Shown here piece after piece: positions 48,675 to 58,954 of a DNA stretch of 64,000 nucleotides. The DNA is from Mytilus trossulus. Its lineage: Eukaryota. The notes under the pieces were generated by a model. It saw only the letters and a program-made list of their open reading frames with translations. It made no database searches and was not told where the DNA came from. The translations under genes were made by a program, and so were the position numbers. Positions within the stretch are counted from its first letter, which is position 1, and the number at the start of each line of letters is the position of its first letter. The stretch is from the NCBI RefSeq assembly GCF_036588685.1, contig NC_086386.1:35588001-35652000 (forward strand). Direction: 5' to 3'.

Positions 48675-48914
48675 AAATCCACTTTCCCTTTCCCACATGA
48701 TTTTTAAATTTAATGGAACTGCAAAATTACTTATAAACAATAAATGATAGCAATCACTTAAAATTTGAAAATTAGCGCCTAAATTATACATGTTATATGA
48801 TCACGTGGATATTTAAACGTATTAAGTAAATATAAATATCTTGTTTGTACGTGTTTGTTGTGATGGCCGTTTACATGTGTTTACGTTCTACCGTAGTCAG
48901 CTAAACATTAAAAG
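48675..48914 (+). promoter_or_regulatory. Putative promoter and non-coding first exon of cGLR copy 2, with an ISRE-like site
   Basis: ACTTTCCCTTTCCC at 48681-48694 (GGGAAAGGGAAAGT on the reverse strand); AAAG|GTAAGT donor at 48915; acceptor TTTAG at 50834. Confidence 0.55.
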
Positions 48915-50840
48915 GTAAGTATATGATAAGAAACTTTTCATTTATTATTTGTTACTACAACTACCATGTTTGTTTAACAACAGCTTAAACTTTTTTCTTA
49001 TAAAAATAAACAAGTTTTCAGTTAAAAAATGGACATATTTCGAGCTACTTTCATATTTAAAAAAAAACTACGATTAATTCAAATTATTTGATCACAGTTT
49101 TTAGTTTCCAGGTTATTTACGTATTTATTTCTGAAAGTTCACTTTATTATGTCATTCAATTATCCATGCAGTTAATTTATTACTGTCTGCAATTAAAATA
49201 ATGAAATAACTATGGTAAGCCTTTTACATATCTATTCAATTTCAACATATATTATATTCTTTATAAATATCTTATTTAATCGGAAGATTAAACAACATCT
49301 TAAGTTATATTATATACTTGGTCAGATTTCTTAAAAGCAATACAAGATATCTCGTATAATTGATTTATCATATATCTTATTTTGCTTATGAGATATGTTT
49401 TGAAATATAGAAGATATTTTATTTGAATATATATCTTATTTAGTTTTATAAAATATCGGATTTTATATATAAGATATATATTATTTATTCTTATAAAATA
49501 TCTGATTTAATATATAAGATACATTGTTCTATTTATCATGTTTATATGATATATCAATTAGTTTATAATAATTTATAAACTAAGCTTAAGAGAGGCGATA
49601 CATACCAAAGGGATATTAAGAGTCATAAATCGAAATAAGCTGACAATGTCATGGCTACAAAAAGACATACAGACAAACAAAAGTACAAAATACACAACAT
49701 AGAAAACTATAAGGACTGAGCAAAACGAACCGCACAACAAATCTTGGGATGATCTCTGATTCTCTGAAAGGGTAAGCAGACATGTAAGATATCTTATACT
49801 TAAGAATAATGTATTATTATTTAAGTCGTTCACCGTCACAGATTATATCGGAAATGTTCCTTATGTCATAACAACAATTCCCTTCCCTTTCGACGAATGT
49901 GACTTACCGAATTAGGCTATTGACCAGATTTGTAAAAACATAAGCAACACGACGGGTGCCACATGTGGAGCAGAATCTGCTTACCCTTCTGGAGCACCTT
50001 AGATTATCCCAAGTTTTTGGTGGGACTAGTGTTGCTTAGTCTTTAGTTTTTCTATGTTGTGTCTTCTTTTTGTTATTTGTCAGTTTGTCTTTTTATTTTT
50101 AGCCATGGTGTTTTCAGTTTATTTTCAATCTATGAGTTTGACTGTCCCTCTGGTATCTTTTGCCCTTCTTTTTAAGAGATTGGTTTACAAGATATATTCT
50201 CTAGTTTATAAAGTTTATAAGTTGATAAGTCCTATTTAAAAATTATATAAATGGTTAAATAACCAGTTTCAATCCACCATTTTCTACTTTCGAAAATGTC
50301 TGTACCAAGTCAGGAATATGACAGTTGTTGACATTTGTTTGGTGTGTTTTCTCATTTTATTATGCTATTTGATTAGGGACTTTCCGTTTTGAATTTACCT
50401 CGGAGTTCAGTATTTTTGTGATTCTATTTTTTATTAGATATCTTACAGTTTATTATTAAGTTTATTACTATCTTATGTAGTTTATAGGATATCTTTTATG
50501 ATATCTTTAAACGGAGTAAACCGATAGTTTAAGGTATCAAAAAGTGAGAAAAAAAATCCTAGATCAACAAGTTATTAATATTTATCTTTAATTGAAAATA
50601 AACAGGTAGTAAACTCTACTTAAACTGGTGCTAGGTGCCGTCTTGCACTTGCCATTTCAATTGACTTTGAGATGGAGAACCGAAATAAAAGCATTGATAA
50701 CTGGTATTTTAGTTTTAATTTGATAATTTGATGTGTACATGTATATTGGGTTATGCATGATTACAACATACTTTTGTTTTCTGCCACTAAATACATAGTT
50801 CGTCTTCATTGAATTCATTTACTTATCTATTTAGGTGAAT

Positions 50841-53093
50841 ATGCAGAAAAGTGCAGCATACTCTACGAAGGATTGGGATGATGTTGCAGACGTTCCTCTA
50901 CTCCACGTGTCATATCTCATTAATATATTACTACCAAGACGCCATTTTGGACATGCTAGACTTCAGATCGAAAAACAGAAAATTCTTGAAGGGTTCTCAA
51001 ATGTAAAGGAGGGTCTTTCAGGCAAGTTACACATTGTTCCTGTTGGAAGTAAGCCAGAAGGCTATGGGATACCAGATGCTGTCAGATTAACAGATCAACC
51101 ATATATTGAATATATGTCTGATATCGACGCCATGTTAGTGCGAGAGGAATTTTCCGCTTCGGCTAACGAATTTGAAAAGGACGGAACAAGAAATCCAGTT
51201 GTTATTGAGACTTCTCACACTCACCCTGGGCATGGACGAGTACGGTCCAGTTCTCCAACAGACATAAACAGTAAAGTGTTATATCACGATGCCGAAACAG
51301 ACAAGTATTACCTGAATTCCTCTATAATAATGGAGGAACAGGTAAAAATGATGGAAACCAGCGCAGACGATGGCTTAGAATATTCTCTGCAATGTCCAGC
51401 CGTTTCGTCAGACGACCCTATTCCAATGACACAGGAGAGAGGAAAACAATCGAAACTTTTTCATCCCCAGGATTACGTGTTTGCTATTACCTGTATTTCG
51501 TGGCCAGAATGTGCAATACCATGGACTAGGCGGCAGCATACTAATGGTTGGTTGGCAGCTGACATTGTTGACTCGATTGTTTCGAAGGGAATCCATATGG
51601 TACCAGTAGCTCACCGATTAAGTTGTAATCCTGACATTGAATGGAGACTATCGTTTGCAAAAGCTGAACAAATCCTGGCTGAACAGGCGGTTACTTCAGC
51701 ACAACGACAGTGTTATGTTTATCTTAAAATCTTACGTAAGCATGCCATGCAGGAAAACACTAAACTTTCATCTTACTTTCTTAAAAACGTATTTTTATAT
51801 TGTTGTGAGGAATTACCAGTTCGAGTTTGGGATGACGACCCTGCTGGCTGTGTTTTGTACATGCTAGACATTCTTTTAGAATGCGTTCAAAAAAGAAACC
51901 TCCCTAGTTACTTCTTACCAGAAAATAACTTGATAGATTATTTAGACGAGCCAGAATTACAGTCTATTGAATCAGCTCTACAAACTATTCGTAGTGATCC
52001 AATAGAACCAATTTTAGAATTCACAGATTTAAGAATTTTCTGTTATGCTCAGGAATGTTTAAGTTATAGCACAACTTTCCGAAATATTGTCCGGCTAGTC
52101 TTAGATGAAATTGCCTCAGTTGAAGATGTTGATATTGGAAGAACCGTCTTAGGTTGTTTTACTGATATTCAGTGTAATATTGCATCAGTGATGCTAGGCG
52201 AGAAGAGGACATCGTTTTCATACCATTTGGATTTTTATCAGCTTTTTGTACAGAAATATATACAGATGTCCTTTGTGGATTTTGTTAATTATATGGGAAT
52301 AAGACTAGAAACGCCTTTCATTACGTTGATGTTTTATGAGAAATGCTTGGCTGAGGTAGAAAACTTCCCAGAACTTGAATATTTGAGAGGGAATATGGCA
52401 TGCATGTGTTTTGCCTTAGCACAAAGTCACGATGATAAATCGAAAGAAAGAAAAATGCGCTTATACCAAGCAGAGAAACTTTACAACGAAGTTTTACAAA
52501 ATAATGGTATTCATTTTGCTAGCACCATTGACTTTGCAAACTTTCTATGCGATAGTGAAAGATGGGAAGAAGCAATAAGTCTGCTTGCAAAATTCATTGA
52601 AGCAGAACGAAAACGACCATCGTCCATGCAAAACGGATATTATCCTGCCGAATCTACAACACTTAATGTTCAGCTTCAAAGGGAGGTCAAATATACAGGT
52701 TGCTTCCTAGCAAGATCTTTGTCATTTGCATATTATTTCATGATCAAAGCAACCATTGCGACAAAGTTAAAAAACTTGGCAGATATTCTGGAAAAATTTG
52801 AAAAGCATTGCCAGTCTGTGAACAGTTATGGAGATTATGAACTTCTGGGATACTGTGGACTAGATACTGAAAATTACGTTCTTGCAGAATTGGCTTTTTC
52901 AAAGGCTGCTAATTTACATCAAAATAATTTACTAGCACAGGTGAACCTTAATCTTTGCAGAGCCAACGATCAACCAGCCAAAAAACAGCCTCGGACTGTT
53001 AACTTGAAAATAGTTTTTAAATACTGTCTCAGCATTGCTTATCTGCTAGATGACAATGTATTTCAGGCAACAAATCTACTTTTTGAAAGATGA
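50841..53093 (+). CDS. cGAS-like receptor (cGLR; Mab-21-family nucleotidyltransferase) with C-terminal TPR-like repeats, 750 aa, single coding exon
   Basis: VPVGSKPEG (hGS), YMSDIDAM (DxD), QDYVFAI (third Asp), SWP, GIHMVP, EWRLSFAKAE, LSSYFLKNVFLY, LPSYFLPENNLI; helical tail GNMAC..AEKLYNEVL..DFANFL..WEEAI..LLGYC..AELAFSKA..LAQVNL. Confidence 0.9.
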   Translation: MQKSAAYSTKDWDDVADVPLLHVSYLINILLPRRHFGHARLQIEKQKILEGFSNVKEGLSGKLHIVPVGSKPEGYGIPDAVRLTDQPYIEYMSDIDAMLVREEFSASANEFEKDGTRNPVVIETSHTHPGHGRVRSSSPTDINSKVLYHDAETDKYYLNSSIIMEEQVKMMETSADDGLEYSLQCPAVSSDDPIPMTQERGKQSKLFHPQDYVFAITCISWPECAIPWTRRQHTNGWLAADIVDSIVSKGIHMVPVAHRLSCNPDIEWRLSFAKAEQILAEQAVTSAQRQCYVYLKILRKHAMQENTKLSSYFLKNVFLYCCEELPVRVWDDDPAGCVLYMLDILLECVQKRNLPSYFLPENNLIDYLDEPELQSIESALQTIRSDPIEPILEFTDLRIFCYAQECLSYSTTFRNIVRLVLDEIASVEDVDIGRTVLGCFTDIQCNIASVMLGEKRTSFSYHLDFYQLFVQKYIQMSFVDFVNYMGIRLETPFITLMFYEKCLAEVENFPELEYLRGNMACMCFALAQSHDDKSKERKMRLYQAEKLYNEVLQNNGIHFASTIDFANFLCDSERWEEAISLLAKFIEAERKRPSSMQNGYYPAESTTLNVQLQREVKYTGCFLARSLSFAYYFMIKATIATKLKNLADILEKFEKHCQSVNSYGDYELLGYCGLDTENYVLAELAFSKAANLHQNNLLAQVNLNLCRANDQPAKKQPRTVNLKIVFKYCLSIAYLLDDNVFQATNLLFER

Positions 53094-53934
53094 TGAATGT
53101 ATATGTATACTTATGTGGGTTTTACATGTTTTGACAATCGTCAGTTCATTGTAAATTGTTTTCCTAAGTAAAAAGTATGAAATAGCATAAAGGAATTGTA
53201 AGAATTGTTTTGTATTTGACATACGATTTAAATAAATATTATATGCTAATTTTGTTATATCGTGTGGCTGGAAATAACAAGGTCAAAGAATATATTTACA
53301 GAGCTCATTTTGATGAAAAGGGCGAAGTTAGCATGTATATACTGTTCTTAAGCCGAAAGTGTCAAACAAATTATCTGCAACAATATTTGAAAAATCTCCT
53401 TTCAATTTCAGACAAAACAATCTACTGGTTAACACATGAAACAACATAAAGCAATGTCATATTCATGTAGGTGAGGTACAACTGTGATTTTTACTTCAAA
53501 AACTGAGTCTAAATCTGCTTATGTAGAAAAATGTCTAGCGTTCTAAATTATAATCCTGGTACCTTTGATAGCTATTCTCTCAATAATGTGAAAATTCCAA
53601 ATTTTATAGCTATAAATACGTTACCATCATAAATTCTGAGTGTAACCCCAATTGCGTCAGGTCAGATGGAAAATCCCAACTAAAAATAAACGTACTCTCA
53701 CTGGTCCGGACATATACCCCTGTTTGCCCATATTCTTCCATTCAATTTCCATCTGCGACATCGGTCACACGTGCACATCAAGTTTTACAGATTCAACAGA
53801 GAAGTGTTTAGTTTTTTGAATAGCTTAATTGCTTTTCATATATATTGTGTATTTTATTGGAAATATATTCCCTTGTTTTGTTTAAATTTCTAAACAAATT
53901 ATTTGTGTTTTTTTTTACTAAAGTAAAATTTATT

Positions 53935-54105
53935 ATGGACTTTAATTTGAATAGTCCGTATGTAAGTATTCCTGGTTCGGACTATCTCTTAGATGGGTCA
54001 CTACCTTTAAGTCCCCCCCAAACTACCAGTACATTGACCGGAGTTTCGACAACGGTGTCTGGTAATGCTACCTATCCGACCCTTTCACAAGGTTCGGCCA
54101 TGCAT

Positions 54106-54136
<31 letters not shown>

Positions 54137-55825
54137 GGGTTACCTACGTCAACTTCGGTGACTCATACTTTATCTAGGTCTGTTAATTCAGCGGGTACTA
54201 TTAGTTCTGTCCCAGGTACAGCTATGGGCTTGAACTTGCCAGGTTCTAGACCCCCATTATCATATTGTGGGTATATGCTTCCCAACACGGGCACACAACC
54301 TTTACCCTCATGGTCTCAGCCACCTTGGCCACAGTCTTACCCTTATGGTGGGTTTATGCCAAACCAACCTGGTTTTTGGCCTTATAGGGACAATTTCTAT
54401 GGTCCCCCTTCTGGGGTAGCTACTGCACCACCTTTAGCTCCTGCTCTACCCCTAGCAGTATCTTTGACTTCTGCAGTAGCTCCTTCTACCACCGTACCTG
54501 ACTCTCAAGCTTCTAGTTCTTCTCATGGTACTCAGGTTTCTGATCATGCATCACCTTTGGATGGTTTACAGAAGTTACTCTTAGACTTTGGTGAGTCTTT
54601 CAAGGCTGAATTTAGTACTCTATCCAGTCATATGACTCTACTGGAAAATATAGTTTCTTCTCATCAACCTTCTACAGCTAAGTCTGTAGAATGTGATGAG
54701 AGGGAGGATGACGAGCTTTCTGTTTCCCCTGGGAGTCATGAAAGGGCTTTCCTCACTGATGAGCATGTTGAAAGTTCTTCTTCTCCCAAGGTATCGAAGA
54801 CGGCCCCTGAGCCTTCTTCTAAGTCAGCTCAACAACCTCCCACCAAGGAGACTGAGGATCCTCCTTCCTTGAAGGATCTTAGGGATAAGGTGTATACCTT
54901 GATGAGGGATGAAGCACATATCCCTTTTGCCTCTCCTTCCAAGCCGAAGAAACCTTCTTCAACTTTTGAAGCTTCCTGTGGTATTTCTCAGGATACTGTG
55001 ACTTCTCACAATTCTTTTCCTGAATCTGGCCATATGGCTTTTGCTTTACAATTTATTAATGAAGGTATCGCTAATTCTGCTAGTGAAAAGGTTGCTAATA
55101 ACAATATCTGAGGATTTGGAATGTCATCCTTTTCTGATCAGGTTAAGTACAAGGATTTTGATATCTTTGATTCTTCACTGGGTAGACTTGTTCCCAGTTG
55201 TGACAAATCTATGTCATCTTTATTGGGAAAAAAACCAGTAGATGGTCTTCGTCTCACTCAACCTGGTTGGTCAAAGACTGAGAATCTCCTTCGTAGTGCT
55301 TCTCAAGTTCTTGGCACAGCCGAACATTTTCTAGCTGCAACCGGACATTTGCTTAACAGCGAAGATTCGGTTGTTCCAGCAGAAGTACGATCCTTCTTAC
55401 TTCAACTGGATAAAGCTTTAGGTTCATCTCAGTTGCTTTTAATGGGTTCTATTGCTAATTGCACCCTATCTAAAAGAGCAGAGTTTCTTGAAAACATTTC
55501 TATCGCTGAGACTTTGAAAGATTCTTTACTGAAATCTCCACTCTCTGACAAGATGTTTGGTTTACCCTTACAGCGGGTTCAAGAGGAACTCAGCAAAAAC
55601 CCTCCTCCAGTCAAAGTTAGTGTACAAGTTACTAATGGCAAGAGGTCGGTTAATGCTACATCTAGTTCTACTAGTACTTCTGCTTCAGGTGGTCCTCCTT
55701 CTTCTGCTAAGAAAAGGAAGAATAACTACGGCAAACCGCAGAACAAACCCAATAACTCAGGAAAAAGCTCAGGTAAGCCTTCTGGTGGTTTTAAGGGTTC
55801 CAAGAAACCTGGGTCTAGTACCTAG
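53935..55825 (+). pseudogene. DIRS ORF1 (gag-like)
   Basis: ATG at 53935; frameshift at the poly-T/poly-G tract ~54105-54138; in-frame TGA at 55109-55111; Pro/Ser-rich N-half and basic C-terminal tail. Confidence 0.75.
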
Positions 55826-57932
55826 GTTCTTGCCCCCTCGTACGTTATTGACAGCTTCCCCAGGGGAAAATTTACAACAAGTTCCTCAAAAATCAATACC
55901 AGTAGGGGGGATGTTAAGTTTTTTCCTAAATCAGTGGAAGAAAATTACCTCGGACTGTTATGTGCTGTCAATAATTCGAGGGGGATTAACACTTCAGTTC
56001 AAGAACCCACCTCCTCTGTCTGCAGTTCCAATAAGTTTGTCTCATACTCAAGACCCAGTCAAGTGGCAACTTCTATCAGTAGAAGTGGACACTATGTTAC
56101 AAAAAGCTGCAATAGAGGAGGTGTCGATCTTAACTCTGTCTCCGGGATTTTATTCCCGTCTTTTTCTGGTTCCAAAGAAGACTGGAGGAATGAGGCCATC
56201 TATTCTGAACAAATTTCTTATTGTTCCCCACTTCAAAATGGAAACAAACAGATCCATCAGGGCTTCAATCTTTCCAGGAATGTGGACTACTTCTCTGGAT
56301 CTTTCAGACGCGTATTTCCACATTCCCATTTCCAAAACTTACAGGAAATACCTTCGCTTCGTTTGGAACAACAAAGTTTTCCAGTTCAAGGCTCTCCCTT
56401 TTGGCCTGTCTACAGCCCCTTTGGCTTTTACCAAAATCATGCAGGCAGCTATAGCTCACCTACATTCCCTGTCTATTCAGATTCATTCCTATCTGGACGA
56501 TTCCCTTCTCAAGGAATTTTGCCCAATCAAATTGAGGGTTCAGACAGATTTGGTCATCAATTGTTTTCTGTCCCTAGGCTTCCTTATCTCTTGGAAAAAG
56601 TCAGAGATAATTCTGTCTCAAGACTTTGTTTTCCTGGGAGAACATTTCCTAACCAGTGTAGGTCTAGTCCTCCCACCAGAGGAGAAATTTACAAAACTAT
56701 GTCAGAAAATACATTTATTCCTGACGGTTCAATCAGTCACAGCACGTCAATTCTTGCAACTTCTGGGTCTATTGAACTCTCTGGCAGATGTAATTCCATT
56801 GGGACGACTTCACATTCGTCCGCTTCAGTTTTATCTGCACAAGTTATGGATTGCAGCTTCACAAGAATGGGAAGCATTGATTCCAATCACTCAGCCTTTA
56901 TTTCCACACCTTCAATAGTGGTTAGTACGGGAAAATGTAATGAGGGGCCTATGTCTGTCCCCTCAAGTTCCCAGTCTAACATTATTCACAGATGCCTCCA
57001 CCCTCGGTTGGGGAGCATATCTGGAGGGGCTTACAATCTCGGGAGTCTGGAGTCCAGATCTTTTGGAAGAGCATATCAATGTATTGGAAATGAAAGCAGT
57101 TCTGTTTGCACTGAATCATTTCCAAATGTCTCTAAAGAATCAGTCTGTCATTCTGGCCACGGACAATACAACAGTTGTAGCTTATCTCAAGAATCAGGGA
57201 GGAACTCATTCACCTTCTCTTTATCAGATAGCCAGAGACATTCTCCTTCTGTGTTTTCAACTCCAGGTTCATCTAGTGGTGAGACATATTGCGGGGCACC
57301 TCAATATTCTAGCCGACACTCTATCCAGATCCCTTGCTCCAGTAAACACGGAGTGGGAACTACTTCAAGTAGTTTTCAAAGCTGTGACTCTTCATTGGGG
57401 GTCACCTCAGATAGATCTGTTTGCGACCAGTCTCAATCACAAACTTCTAACATTTGTGTCTCCGGTTCCAGATCCAAAATCTTTTGCGGTAGACGCAATG
57501 AGCCTATCTTGGAAAGGAATGTTCGGGTATGCCTTCCCTCCTTTCAGGTTTCTCTCCCCAGTACTTCAGAAAATAGCAGGGGAAAATTGCAAGATCATAG
57601 TTATTGCTCCAGTATGGCCAAAACAGTCTTGGTTTCCAGACCTTCTGCGCCTATCATGTGCTTGTCCTCTAGTTCTACCTCTGAGACCAGACCTTCTGTC
57701 TCAAATCAAGGGCAAGGTTCTTTATCAAAATCCAGAAAAACTTCATCTACACGCCTGGCTTCTCTCAGGGTTAGCCTCAGAAAGAGAGGTTTTTCTGAAG
57801 GAGCAACCAAGCATCTCACAAAGTCTGTCAGAGACTCCACTAGCATTGTCTATGATGCAAAATGGTCAATCTTCTCAGATTGGTGTAGTGAGCGGGAAAT
57901 TGATCCTTTCCAAGTCACTGTACAACAATTAG
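55557..57932 (+). pseudogene. DIRS ORF2: reverse transcriptase - RNase H - DNA adenine methyltransferase-like domain
   Basis: FYSRLFLVPKK, LDLSDAYFHIPI, PFGLSTAP, YLDD; FTDAS..GWGA, HINVLE, TDNTT, ADTLSR; IDLFA, YAFPPF. In-frame TAG at 56916-56918; apparent loss of ~4 aa after GGMRP. Confidence 0.9.
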
Positions 57933-58848
57933 CAGACTTTCTAGTTTTTCTTTTTGAATCCAAAGGATTATGTCCCTCTACTATTAAGGGATATAGATCA
58001 GCTATCTCAAGAACTATTCATATTTCTGGTGGCCCAGATTTTGGAATCAATGAGCATATTTCTCTTTTGGTTCGTAGTTTTAGTCTTGAAAGACCAAGAC
58101 AAAAAACTTTAGTTCCTAAGTGGGACCTGGGACTAGTTTTATCCTTTTTAAAACTTCCTCCTTTTGAACCAGCAGAAACAATAGATTTAAGGTTTCTTTC
58201 CTATAAATGCTGTTTTCTTTTAGCTTTGGCTTCTGGACGGAGAAGGAGTGAAATCCATGCCTTCTCTATTTCTGATGCTTGCCTTCTATTTAACAGGGAT
58301 AAATCTTCTGTTACTCTTTTAACGGATCCTGCTTTTTTGGCAAAGAATCAGATTCCAGATAAGGGTGCAGAACCAGTTGTGATTCCTGCACTCCCTAGCG
58401 ATTCTATTTCTGTACTTTTATGTCCAGTAAGAATCCTTTCTATTTATCTGGAAAGAACGTGTAGTTTACGTTCTGTTTCTAACTCAAGACTCTTTATTCC
58501 TATTAAAAAAGGAATCTCAGATCTTTCTGTTAAACTATTTCTACTTGGATATGCAAATGCATATCTTTAGCTTATGGTTCTTCTAAGGCAGAACTTTTAA
58601 ATAGTTTTAATGTTAAAGCTCATGATGTTAGGGGTATCTCTACATCCTGGGCTCTGTTTAACAGTGCATCTTTAGAAGAGGTACTGTCTGCAGGTTTCTG
58701 GAGAAATGAGAACTCTTTTATATCTCACTACCTCCAATCTATGGCTACTTTTGCCGAGAGTTTATACTCTCTTGGACCTATAGTTTCAGCACAAAGATTG
58801 AACTTTCCTCCTGTTTCTTCTGTTACAGGGGATTCAGCTTTATGTTAG
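55934..58848 (+). pseudogene. DIRS ORF3: tyrosine recombinase
   Basis: STIKGYRSAIS, ASGRRRSE, LCPVR; after a 1-nt frameshift at ~58533 it continues KAHDVRGISTSWA..GFW..SHYL to TAG at 58846-58848. Confidence 0.9.
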
Positions 58849-58856
58849 ATTCTGTT

Positions 58857-58954
58857 ACTCAGAATTTATGATGGTAACGTATTTATAGCTATAAAATATT
58901 TAAATTTTAAAGTAAATTTGGATTTTATTAGATAAATACTCACCATCATAAATT
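58857..58954. repeat. DIRS internal complementary region (ICR)
   Basis: First half is the reverse complement of 53602-53641; second half is the reverse complement of ~59125-59184. Confidence 0.92.

Noticed and set aside
55109-55111. Programmed read-through of the TGA in DIRS ORF1
   Set aside because: It lies mid-gag, and the element has other disabling lesions; a point mutation is the simpler explanation.
55557-58848. Bacterial or phage contamination or HGT (integrase + Dam methylase + RT)
   Set aside because: The ITR/ICR structure and ORF order are those of a eukaryotic DIRS1 element, and the flanks are host repeats.
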